DNA of 64,000 nt, from the NCBI RefSeq assembly GCF_001194135.2, contig NC_068993.1, forward strand, positions 36,355,205-36,419,204, written 5' to 3'. Of the stretch, positions 39,400 to 50,602 are shown piece by piece. Every line of letters starts with the position of its first letter. Within the stretch, counting starts at the first letter, position 1. Source of the stretch: Octopus bimaculoides. Lineage: Eukaryota. Made by a program: the position numbers and the translations under genes. The notes beneath the pieces were generated by a model. That model searched no databases. It saw only the letters and a program-made list of their open reading frames with translations, and was not told where the DNA came from.

Positions 39400-40460
39400 A
39401 TATATGTGCATGTGTGCATGTATAATGCACACACACAGTTGAATTAGGTACTTAAGGTGAGACACCAAATCAGTCCGGTATTATCTGCACAACTCGAAGT
39501 AAGATGAATAAAATCAAAATAAGTAACAGGATTAGTATTAGAGCAATACGACCGTGTCAAGCGGCTCCATTTAATTGAGCAATGCAGTCATTACATCAAT
39601 TTAAATACAGTGCTATCTTCAGTTGCAAGAAATATGGAATTTCAACGGACAAGAGAAATATAATTTTTCTCAAATATTTTATCAGAGGATGAAAAAATTT
39701 CATGTTTCCAACTATTGCAGCAAGAAAAATCTAAAAGAAGAACTACAAATTTGGAGTGACCTGGAACACAGTGGGATCATAGGATTGTAATTCATTTCTA
39801 TCTTTTTATCTACCTTCTTAACAGCAACAAAAGATCTAAGGCTAGAATACTTAACATCAACAAAAAATCTAGATCTTCCGTGAAAATATAAGCCCTTAGG
39901 TATAATCCCATGTAAATCCAGGCAGTATTTTGGCAGTATTTTGAATGTTGCATTCATGTTGAAGGAATCGAATTAAGTGGTTAGCTAGTATGAAAATGAC
40001 CCATGTGGGTATATAGAATGAGAAAGACAGACATCATGATAGACAGATATGGGTTGTGAGTGAGTGAATAAAAGAGAAAGGAGAAAGAGAGTAAAGAAAG
40101 GAATGGGATAGGTGTGGGAAAGAATGAATGAGAGCGAAAGTAAAATAAAATCAAAAAATAAAAGATAAAGATAAGATGCAAGTATTATTCTTCATAAGGG
40201 TCGGTTCGGGGTGAGAGGTCAGGCGTTAAGATTTCGGTAAAGTGGAGGAGGAAAGCATTTACGTCTGTTAATTAAATAGATGAATTCTAGGTTGGGTGTA
40301 TTAGTTTGATGCTCGGAAAAATGAAAATGTCTTTTACGTGTCGAGCCTACGCTCTTCAACAGAAAGGAATAAAAGAGAATAAACAGAGGGAGAGAATGAA
40401 AAACAAGACTTGTAGATTTAGCGGTCAAGGGATGTGAAAAAAAGGAATTAAAAATTAAGG
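39400..40460 (-). mobile_element. Penelope-like element 5' part (terminal repeat with hammerhead, ORF N-terminus)
   Basis: Minus-strand CLDLHGIIPKGL resembles the PLE N-terminal C...IPKGL motif, and a minimal hammerhead core lies upstream at 40331-40366. Confidence 0.5.
40331..40366 (-). ncRNA. Minimal hammerhead ribozyme relic (PLE type)
   Basis: CTTT-CTG[T]TGA-A-GAGC-GTAG-GCTC-GA[C]AC-GTA-AAAG: stems I and II intact, two core substitutions. Confidence 0.65.
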
Positions 40461-40499
40461 GTGAGATTAGTAATAAAAGAAGGAAAGTCCTCATTCTTT

Positions 40500-40739
40500 G
40501 TTGTTTTGTTCCTTCTTGTGCCATGCCTGGCTCATAAGGGTCGCCGGTCCGCCGCTAGATACAGGAAGAAAGAAAGTTGTGGCGAAAGAATCAGCAGAAG
40601 TTCACCATTACCTTCTGTCAGAGCTGCGTGGAGCTTAGGTGGTTCCCTCATAAACAAACACATCACCCGGTCTGAGACTCGAACTCGTGATCTCTCGACC
40701 GCGAGTCCGCTGCTCTAATCACTAGGCTATGTGCCTCCA
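40500..40739 (-). mobile_element. SINE family B, 5' part
   Basis: Reverse complement reads GTGGAGGCACATAGCCTAGTGATTAGAGCAGCGGACTCGCGG..GAGTTCGAGTCTC. Confidence 0.8.
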
Positions 40740-40800
40740 CTCTTATTCTTTACTTACACAGAAATATGTTCCGTCATTCTTTACTTTGGAATCGATCGGA

Positions 40801-41342
40801 ATGACACGTGGAAGACCAGCGGCACCGCAATTCATTGTTCCTGAACTTGAAATCCTCAACTGCGAATCAATCTTGGAGGAATTTTGGAATATCACTCAAT
40901 TAGCCGAATCACGAGACAAGGTTTTTCATGGCCATTGGGTATTCGGTGGTATAGAAAGAGTTTCAAAAAAATGTTTCTTAGTTGAAGTACCTGACCGTAC
41001 TGAGCAGACTTTATCTGCCCTGATTGAACGATGGATTCTTATCAGGGAGTCACATAGTGAGTGATGGCTGGCGATCCTATAACAACATTGGAAGCCTAAA
41101 TGGTGGTGTGTACACTCACGAAGTGATTGCACATCAAGAAAATTTCGTCGTTCCTACAAATAAGGACGTTCACACATAAAATGTTGAAAATATGTTGATG
41201 CGTGTTAAACGGAACTTACGACGTCAATTTGAAACATCATTTGTGTCCTATGTATACGAATTCATATGGCGTAATTCAATAGAGAAGAACAAGACATCTG
41301 TTCACTTTTTGGTTGCTATATCCAGTGTTTATGTTGTTTAAC
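40801..41342 (+). pseudogene. Merlin (IS1016/IS1595-like DDE) transposase remnant
   Basis: GHWVFGGIERVSKKCFLVEVPDRTEQTLSALIERWIL, frameshift, GSHIVSDGWRSY..YTHEV..H.ENFV.P..VHT*NVENM..EFIWR. Confidence 0.9.
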
Positions 41343-43499
41343 AATAAGTTGACTTATTTATATCCCTTTATTAATCTCCCCCACCTTAATTTTCATTTTT
41401 GCATGATCACTGGTGTTCAATCGAGAGTAGAAATCATATCGATGAATAAAGCTTAAAAAAAGAGAAAATTATTGTTTTGATATTGCCCAAAAGCAGACAA
41501 TCGAGTTTTCTTTTTTTGTTTTTCAGTGTAAAATTTACCTTATTTTCTTTAAGGATTCTGCCTTCCTATGTCTATCTGGTGTTTTTATCTTCTGTTACCA
41601 GCTAATCATCTGTGATTAAACTTGTCTTCACCTTTAACATCGATCGATCATTTTTTCTATTTCTGGTAATTGTACGGGTTCAATTTAATATCCATGCGTG
41701 GCCCTCTTCCAAAATGCGTGATATTGTACCAAAGTTAAAGCCGTTGGTTATTTATATCTGTTTAATGTGATTCAGTAGTTTATTTTCATGGAGATTATTG
41801 CTGAGAAAATTGCTAGTTTCGTTGTTTTCTTTTTGGTGTTTTAAGATTTGGTATTTGGCACAGTCAAAGAAGAGAACACTCATTATCATTATCTGTGTTT
41901 CTATGATTTATCGGAAGGGAGGAAGTCGTCCTTGAAGCGAATACCTAGCCCCAAATGCTTACAACAAAGTGACCTCCGCTCAAGACATCTATGTGTCAGG
42001 TAGTGATATTAAACCAGGACGTGGAGTAAGCCTACAACCCCCGGTCAGCCTTGAGCGAGTAGACTTATACCCAAAACATATTATACAGTCTTTCGCCATA
42101 TAGAAAAGACTGTATAACAAAAACTGATATTCTTCCGTAGAACCAGAAAATATTTCTTCAAGCAGAAATTATTAATCCACGTCAAAACTCACTTGAAAAA
42201 CTCAATAGAATAGTGATCACAGAATCAGAGACGGTGCTTCCTGTACACATACAGACATCCTGGGACGTAAACAAACAAAAAGCAGCCTGATTGACTGGCA
42301 TTGACTGGCCTGATTGACTGATTGACTGATTGACCCGCTCACCAACACACTCCGACCTCTGTCTCTTCTCTCTATTTATCTATCTATCTATCTCCCTTCT
42401 CTAATGGCCTCTACTCCTCAGAGCAGGCCTGTCTAGTGCTATCTCTATTCATCCACTGTCAACTCACCTGTCTCTCTCCCCTCGTCACCAATATAGTTTG
42501 CACCAACCCCGGAATACACACTAAGCTCTACGTCCACTTCCTCCATCCATAACATCGATCATTTTGAATTTCCTCTTCGTCATATGTTCTTCCTGTTGTC
42601 GTGCACATAAACCTGTTCAACAGTAACATTAACCGTATCAATGACATCAGTCTCGAAGGTCCTACAAAGATCACAGACACAGCCCAGCCTCCCTCCCCAC
42701 CTTCGTCAACGCAAACCAATAATAAAGAAGGCGTTCTATGTAGCCATGGCAATCTTATTATCTTTATATATTAACAATTAGATTCCCCAATATCACCTTC
42801 CTTTTCTCTGGTGGTATGATGTAGTCTATGGAGATCTGAGAGATATTTTTAAAATTTGATCGTCTACAGAGAGGTTTCCTCGTTGGCTCTTCTTGCTCAG
42901 GGTTCCATTCGGACAATATTTACAGTGTAGCAAGACAAGACTAACGTTGCGTCCTATTTCTGTGGTGTTCTTAGATTAGTAGAAACAAGTATCAGACAAT
43001 GTTCAGTGTAGAGACGTAACACTTTAAATCAGGCATGGACAACCTTTCTTGAAAAGAGAACTCATGAGATATGACTGTTTATCAGGCGGGCCGCAGTACT
43101 AAAAAAAAATTCAAGATAATTTTTCGTTTGACGTGACATTTTAGGAAGTCCAGCAAACCGCAGTTTGCCCACAACTGCTTCAGATACTCCATCTTGTTAC
43201 TGTCGTTGTTTAGCCCCAGGTTGTTTCTGATCAAGCAAACCTATGATCAAAGTACTTCCAGCCGTACCCATCCTGAGCTTTTCTAAAACAATGACGACTT
43301 GTTAAATTTGACCTTTACTTCTGATAGTGGTATGTAATAGAGGCCCATCGCTAGACTTTGGTGCCTAAAGTTGCTTCAGATTATTTTGGATGGACACTAA
43401 TAATGTTAAAGTGAAGTTTCGAAAAAAAGTGTATCACTGTAAATCTGGGGACGCACCATTGAATAATGAGGGGGTAGTGCCGTCCAGTGCACCCCCTCA

Positions 43500-43815
43500 G
43501 TTACAAGATTTGACTGCTATTTCCAGTAGGTTTAATAATGATGCTACGTCATAAACTCTAAACATTCCTTCTAAACACTGGCATTTCTCCATATTACTTT
43601 CGACCAGTGTTTACTGTCTGATCTGGTTTGATCTGGTCTGGTGTGGCCTGGTCTGGCCTTGTATGCCGTTCTAAATATTTAAATGGCTGCAGGCTTCGAT
43701 GAAAAAGTCATACATATTAAAGTAGGTTATTTATACTATTGTTGTTTTTACAGAATAGAGTCAATGATGCGGATAGAGAAAATAGAAATAAAAACCCATA
43801 GCAACATCATCTCAG
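43500..43815 (+). repeat. Diverged local duplication, partner of ~47340-47635
   Basis: Shared TCTGGCCTTG..TCTAAATATTTAAATGG..AGTCATACATATTAAAGT.GG..AATAGAGTCAATGA.GCGGATAG..CATAGCAACAT.ATCTCA. Confidence 0.8.
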
Positions 43816-43891
43816 AGTGTGTGTACTTAAGTGTATGTGTGTGTGTGTGTATGCGTGTGCGAGTGTGTTTGTACGGATATATGTATTTTAT

Positions 43892-43948
<57 letters not shown>

Positions 43949-44009
43949 CTCGTGAGTGTGTACGTATGCATACGGACATGGATGAAGGGACATTTTATTT
44001 TAGCCTTTC

Positions 44010-45183
44010 TTTTATCCTTTTATCTGTTTCACTCATTTGATTGCAGCCATGCTGCAGCACCGTCTTGACGGATTTTAGTCGAACAAATCGACCCCAGGAC
44101 TTATTTCTTAAAACCTAGTACTAATTCTATCGGTCTCTTATACCGAACCGCTAAGTTACGGGGGCGTAAATACACCAACACCGGTTGTCAAACGGTGAAG
44201 AGGGGAACAAATACATACACAGACACACACATAAGTACATACATATATACGAGCGAGAGGGTACCCAAAAGAAACCCGAATTTTGCAATATTATTTTATT
44301 CACTTAGTTTTACATGTTAATACTTCTATCGCCTTCAAAGTATTCTCCATTTGAAGCAATGCATCGATTCAGGCTCTATTTCCACTCTTTCGAAGTGATG
44401 TCGTTTTCTTCTTCATCTCTTCCGCATCTGCAAATTCCGTAGCACCAGCTTTCGTCACCAGTGATGACCTTCGGAAAAAAGTCCGGATCAACTTCGAACT
44501 GTTCTTTAAGTTCACGACACGCATTCAGTCGTAACTGCTTTTGATCTTCCGTGAGCAAGCTAGGAAACAAATTTTGCAGCAACTCTTTTCATTTGCAATT
44601 CATTGCTCAAAATTCATAGGTAAGAACTGCAAGACACACCAGTCATATCAGCAAGTTCGTCAATTGTTCGGTGACGATCCTCCAAAATCAGTTCATGAAC
44701 TTGCATGATGTTTTCATTCGTTCGGGAGGTCGACGGTCATCCTGAACGAGGTTGCAGTGATAAATGACCATTCCTAAAGAGTAGAAACCACTCGTAAACT
44801 TATGTTTTGCTCATGGCAGCGTCCTTCTAAATTGTTTGAAGCATGAGAACTGTTTCAGCCGCCGTTTTCCCCAGCAGAAAACAGAATTTCACGGAAGCAT
44901 GCTGCTCCTTTGCTAAAATAGACAAACTTGGGAGAAGCACTTCAAAATAAAGGTGCACCACGTGGCAGTACGACTTTACTCGACGACGCTGGTCGGCAGA
45001 CTGATGCCTGAGAGTCGCATTAAATGGCTTCTAGCGGCGGAAGCCTGAACCCACAGCGACCGTTTCTGGTTACTTTTGGGTACCCCTCGTACATATATAT
45101 ATATATATATATATACGATGGGCTTCTTTCAATTTCCGTGTAACAAATCCACTCACAGGGCTTTGGTCGGTCTGAAGCCATAG
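44010..45183 (-). mobile_element. SINE family A split by a mariner inserted in its internal TA tract
   Basis: The SINE tail (44010-44240) and core (45113-45183) flank the mariner. Confidence 0.8.
44250..45089 (-). mobile_element. Mariner, internally deleted
   Basis: TIR CGAG.GGTACCCAAAAG.AACC.GAA with TA flanks. LLTEDQKQLR..KVITGDESWCY is joined directly to FADAEEMKKKTT..RCIASNGEYFEGD. Confidence 0.9.
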
Positions 45184-46159
45184 NNNNNNNNNNNNNNNNN
45201 NNNNNNNNNNNNNNNNNNNNNNNNNNNNNNNNNNNNNNNNNNNNNNNNNNNNNNNNNNNNNNNNNNNNNNNNNNNNNNNNNNNNNNNNNNNNNNNNNNNN
45301 NNNNNNNNNNNNNNNNNNNNNNNNNNNNNNNNNNNNNNNNNNNNNNNNNNNNNNNNNNNNNNNNNNNNNNNNNNNNNNNNNNNNNNNNNNNNNNNNNNNN
45401 NNNNNNNNNNNNNNNNNNNNNNNNNNNNNNNNNNNNNNNNNNNNNNNNNNNNNNNNNNNNNNNNNNNNNNNNNNNNNNNNNNNNNNNNNNNNNNNNNNNN
45501 NNNNNNNNNNNNNNNNNNNNNNNNNNNNNNNNNNNNNNNNNNNNNNNNNNNNNNNNNNNNNNNNNNNNNNNNNNNNNNNNNNNNNNNNNNNNNNNNNNNN
45601 NNNNNNNNNNNNNNNNNNNNNNNNNNNNNNNNNNNNNNNNNNNNNNNNNNNNNNNNNNNNNNNNNNNNNNNNNNNNNNNNNNNNNNNNNNNNNNNNNNNN
45701 NNNNNNNNNNNNNNNNNNNNNNNNNNNNNNNNNNNNNNNNNNNNNNNNNNNNNNNNNNNNNNNNNNNNNNNNNNNNNNNNNNNNNNNNNNNNNNNNNNNN
45801 NNNNNNNNNNNNNNNNNNNNNNNNNNNNNNNNNNNNNNNNNNNNNNNNNNNNNNNNNNNNNNNNNNNNNNNNNNNNNNNNNNNNNNNNNNNNNNNNNNNN
45901 NNNNNNNNNNNNNNNNNNNNNNNNNNNNNNNNNNNNNNNNNNNNNNNNNNNNNNNNNNNNNNNNNNNNNNNNNNNNNNNNNNNNNNNNNNNNNNNNNNNN
46001 NNNNNNNNNNNNNNNNNNNNNNNNNNNNNNNNNNNNNNNNNNNNNNNNNNNNNNNNNNNNNNNNNNNNNNNNNNNNNNNNNNNNNNNNNNNNNNNNNNNN
46101 NNNNNNNNNNNNNNNNNNNNNNNNNNNNNNNNNNNNNNNNNNNNNNNNNNNNNNNNNNN

Positions 46160-46620
46160 NNNNTAATACAAAATGGGACAAGAACGCAAAACATCCAGAC
46201 AGGTGATACAAGAAAGGGACAAAACATCCAGATAGACGATACGAAGGAAACAAGGACAAGTCAACAGCCAAGATCCAGATTATCTTTGCAATTTCGGCTG
46301 GTTATACTCGATATTGCTCCAATCTGGCCAGCCCCAAGGAAAAAATAAGCTAAAAGCATTAGATTCCTTGGAAGAAAGCAACGAATGTATACAAAAACAA
46401 GGACGGAAAAAAGCGAACAATGTTACACAAATACAATAAAAATAATAACAGGGCATAACAACAGGTGTCTTTCGACTAAGGACGAATTAAATTAAGCTGG
46501 CGTGTGTCGAAATAAAGCCTTACGGCAGGGATACAAGATTTCACAGGCACAGGGATGAATATCGGTGTTGCACGCACAACGGCCGGCCACTTTTCGGCTA
46601 CGGGGAATACGAATCTGCAA
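46160..46620 (-). repeat. Probable retroelement terminal repeat (unclassified)
   Basis: Composition and short internal repeats (ACAAAACATCCAGA twice) resemble the 14340 repeat. Family not confirmed. Confidence 0.3.
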
Positions 46621-46843
46621 AATAAATGAGTAAAAATAGGCATTTTTTAATTACTACTCCCCCACCCCCATTTCCTTCTTTTTATACTTTTTTCAGAATA
46701 TTTTTTTTTTTTTTCAAAATATGTGGAAAAATACGGAGGTTATGATTCCGAAAAAAATTTCCAAAAATGAAAAAAAAATTTTTTTTAAGAATTTTTTTTT
46801 TTCTAAATATGCGGGAAAATATGGACATTATAACATTTCTGTA

Positions 46844-46975
46844 GTTACGGTTAGGGTTAGAGTTAGGGTTTTAGAGTTAGGGTTTTAGAGTTAGGGTTAA
46901 GGTTTTAAGGTTAGGGTTAGGGTTTTAGAGTTAGGGTTAGGGTTAGGGTTTTAGGGTTAATATTAGTGTTAGTGT
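46844..46975 (+). repeat. Degenerate interstitial TTAGGG array within a probable DNA transposon (~46640-47170)
   Basis: TTAGGG, TTTTAGGG and TTAGAG units, the same variants as in 22255-22532. Confidence 0.8.
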
Positions 46976-48007
46976 TGGGGAAAAAGTCAAAATGTAAGAA
47001 TTTGCGGGGGAAGGGGGGAATTTTCACAATGCCAATTTTTCGCAATTTTCCGGAACCTCCGTTTCCGAAAACGGGAGTTTTTGACAAAAAAAAAATTTTA
47101 AATAAACAAATTTGGGAGAAAATGGTTGGTGGGGACGGGCGGAAGTCTTTCCAAAATGATCAAAGTACGCCCTGTATGAGGACATAATATTATAAATATT
47201 GTCACACGCTTCGATGTTGCTTAGCCCTAGGTCATCTCGTAACAAGCAAACCAATGATTTAAGTTTTTCCAGTCATTTTACATATTAACGACAATATTCA
47301 GTTTTATTTTCTTCATTTAGGATGATAGAATGTGGCATAAAAGGTATTTGGCTGCTATTTTCGGTGCATCTACTTCATAATCACAAATTATTCCACTTAG
47401 TTTTTGGTGTTTCTCTGTATTCTTTGTTTGGGTCGTGTTTATTGCAAGACTAGACAATGTCTGGCCTTGTTGGCTGCTCTAAATATTTAAATGGATGGTG
47501 GCTTTGTTGAGATAGTCATACATATTAAAGTGGGCGATTTTTATTGTTGCTATTGTTGTTGTAACACAATAGAGTCAATGAAGCGGATAGGAAAAGAAGG
47601 AAACGAAAACGCATAGCAACATTATCTCAATATGTATGTATGTTTGTGTATGTATGTATGTTTGTGTATGTATGTATGTGTTTGTATTATTTGCTTGTGG
47701 TTGTGTCTGTGAATTATACATAGTTTAGCATGTGTGTGTGCGCGCGCGCTTGTGTGTAATATATCTAATACTCGCGCACGCGCACACATACACATAGACG
47801 TCTGTGTGCGCGTACGCATGTTCATGTTTGTGTACGCGTGCATGTATGCTTATATAATGTCTTGGCCTCTTAACGATACTACAAATAATAGTATATATAT
47901 GTGTGTGTGTGTGTGTGTGTACGCGCACACACACACACATCGATCGAAAGTTCGTATAGCTAGACAAAATAATGAGGTTATTAAATACTTCTATTCATAG
48001 TAATAAC

Positions 48008-48344
48008 TTATCTTATTCGGCCATAATGCTTCATCAATACTGGCGTTATCAGGGATGATGGATGTTGTTTTGCAAGTTCTGAGCTTCTCGCCGACAGCGA
48101 AACCGGGTTTTCTTTCCCGGAGGCAGCCATTTTATTTCATTATAAACACCGGACTTTTGTATTTCTATGTCAAACTTACCTCGTTCGTTCGGCATTCAAG
48201 TCGTAGCCGCCTCGTCTTCTTTTCTGCTATGTTATATTTAGTTAGTATCTTGTCGAACGTATCCGTATTGAACGTTGTTAACACTCTAGTATAAAGCGGA
48301 AGTGAAGTAGCAGTCGACAATGTAAACGATATGGCGCCCGACAC
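48008..48344 (-). promoter_or_regulatory. CpG-rich promoter or 5'-exon candidate of a minus-strand host gene
   Basis: ETS-like GCGGAAGTG (48296-48304), YY1-like GCCAT motifs (~48126-48133, ~48331-48336), perfect donor GAG|GTAAGT at 48180/48179, acceptor TGTCAG|G at 48345/48344. Confidence 0.5.
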
Positions 48345-48529
48345 CTGACACAATAGAAGCATGCACACAATACCAGTTTTATACACAATACAAAACCATT
48401 TTATAAACACTCCTAGTTTACAAATAAAGCAATTTTTTCAAATGAAGCATATTTGCATAAATGACTACTATGATTAAATACACTCAATTAATTACTGTTT
48501 TACAGTATGTTTTAGAAACATAAGTTTAG

Positions 48530-48860
48530 TTTGGTCGTCCTCCCGGAGGCTTCAATGATTTCACACGAGCACGCTATCCATCACGGTATCCCATACATGT
48601 CCTTAATTTGTCAACATTTGCCATTTCACTGTCCTGAAGCAAGTTGTCCACATAGGTTTGACGTTTTCTTCCCCTGTTGATTCTTCCTTCGTCTGACCAT
48701 TTGACACAAATATTTCTAGGTACCCGGGTACCTGGCCATTTGACACAGGTTTATATATGTGTAAATAATACTTAATGAACCAATGTAGGAGCTTGTCATT
48801 GTGTCTAAAGCTTGCTACCTGTGAGTAAAGTTGCTGCAATTCTAGAAGAGGCTTCTGCAA
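48530..48860 (-). mobile_element. RTE-clade LINE 3' fragment
   Basis: RQTYVDNLLQDSEMANVDKLRTCMGYRDG*RARV. Confidence 0.7.
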
Positions 48861-49091
48861 AAACAATCTGTAACAGTGAGCGAACCTTTTGCCGAAAACA
48901 CATTCATAAAAAAAGTTTTACCTGTTCCAACAGGGGCATCAAGGAAAAATATACCTCCTGAGTTAGATATCACCAATTGTTTCATCCTTGTACGAAGCTG
49001 GGGTCGAAATAATGAACTTATTTACCCTCCTCGAATTGCTGGCCTTGTGCCAAAATTTGAAATGAATATATAAAGAAAACCTACAGCTCTT

Positions 49092-49722
49092 GAATCTTGT
49101 TCAAAACGGGGGCACCAGTTTTCATTAATGTTTTATGTAGTGTTTTTGGTACCGAAAGACTTTCAAACTTCGTATACTTATCTATTTTGTGTTATAGAAC
49201 AGAAAAAAATTTTTGTATTCGAATTTATTTCATGTAAAAAATTGTCTTATTTCGATAATTTCAACCAATCACTGATAAGTATTCAGCTGTTTATACTTAC
49301 TCCTTTGGCAGTTTAAGCGGTGTAAAGCGTATTTAATCTCCATTTATAATTTCGTTAACATCTGCCTGAACTGTATGAAAGGTTTATTAGCTACTGCCTA
49401 ACCCTAACCCTAACCCTAACCCTACTGCCAATATGCTTCAGCCATTTTTTGACAAGGAAATAATAATTTTATCACCGCCAGAATCGTTTGAGAATCGTTT
49501 GTTTACGTAGTCAGCACTTAATATATTCGGCTGAATGGACGTCAGTCATTGGTTGAAATTACAGAAATACGACAACTTTAACATGAAATAACTTGCGATG
49601 TACGTTTTTTTGTTAAGAAGACTAAGAGAAAAAGATGTTTTATATGACACATTCTACCAATGTCCCAAGTTTCAAAGTGTTTCGTTAAGAAAATACTGGT
49701 GCCCCCGTTTTGAACAAGATCC
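49092..49722. mobile_element. Merlin-type MITE 2, complete, 631 bp
   Basis: 28-bp TIR G(G/A)ATCTTGTTCAAAACGGGGGCACCAGT, 8-bp TSD CAGCTCTT (49084-49091 and 49723-49730), internal (CCCTAA)4 at ~49397-49423. Confidence 0.9.
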
Positions 49723-50254
49723 CAGCTCTTTATGTTCTAAGTTCAAATTAATTTTTTAATCTGAAAATGCGATTTTTTTTTTTTTCGTTGTTGGTGGGCA
49801 TTATGTTCCAGTTATTGAATATATTGATTGTCTAAAGAAACTCTCGGCAAAGAATTGTAGCTGCAGTTTGTATAAGAGCTAGCATTCCACGTTGCTCAAA
49901 ATCCTTACCATTTATGGAATGTATTGATACTTTCAATGCCGCTAAGCATTTTCAGTGAGTTTCAGCGTTGGTCGGACATGATACTAGGTTAACCCAAGTT
50001 ATGGGCTCTTGGACTCTTGTTATGCTTGATACGGTATACTTTCTGTTATGCTCTCTTGGTGATTGTGTTAAACAAAGGTATCAAGGAACGGTTTTGAGGT
50101 CCTGGAATGATACTGAACCATAAACATTGCACAGGAGCAGTCTAATATTCTTCATTTAAATAATATATCTTCAAAACATTAGTACGCAGTTTCAAATAGC
50201 ATGCAAAGAAATGAATTATTGCTTCATGATTTTTTTTCTCATTCTATTTTAGAC

Positions 50255-50602
50255 AAAAGGCCAGTATTTTGAGGGGAGGGATCAATTGTTACCATCGCTT
50301 GCAGTACTTGACAGCTACTTTATTTATCGATCCTGGATGAATTTGAACTTAGAACATAAAGAGCTGTAAATTCTTTTTTTATATATTGGTTTCAAGTCTT
50401 GGCACAAGACCAGCAGTTTCAGGAAAGGAGATAAGTCGATTACTTCGACCTCAGTACTCAAATGGTACTTATTTTAACGACCCCCCGAAAGGATGAAAGA
50501 CAAAGTCGACCTCGGTGGAATTTGAACTCAGAATGTAAAGACGGACGAAATACCACAAAGCATATTGCGCGGCGTGCTAACGATTCTGCCAATTCGCCAC
50601 GC
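50255..50602 (-). mobile_element. SINE family C (one full copy plus a fragment)
   Basis: Reverse complement of the family consensus. Confidence 0.8.
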
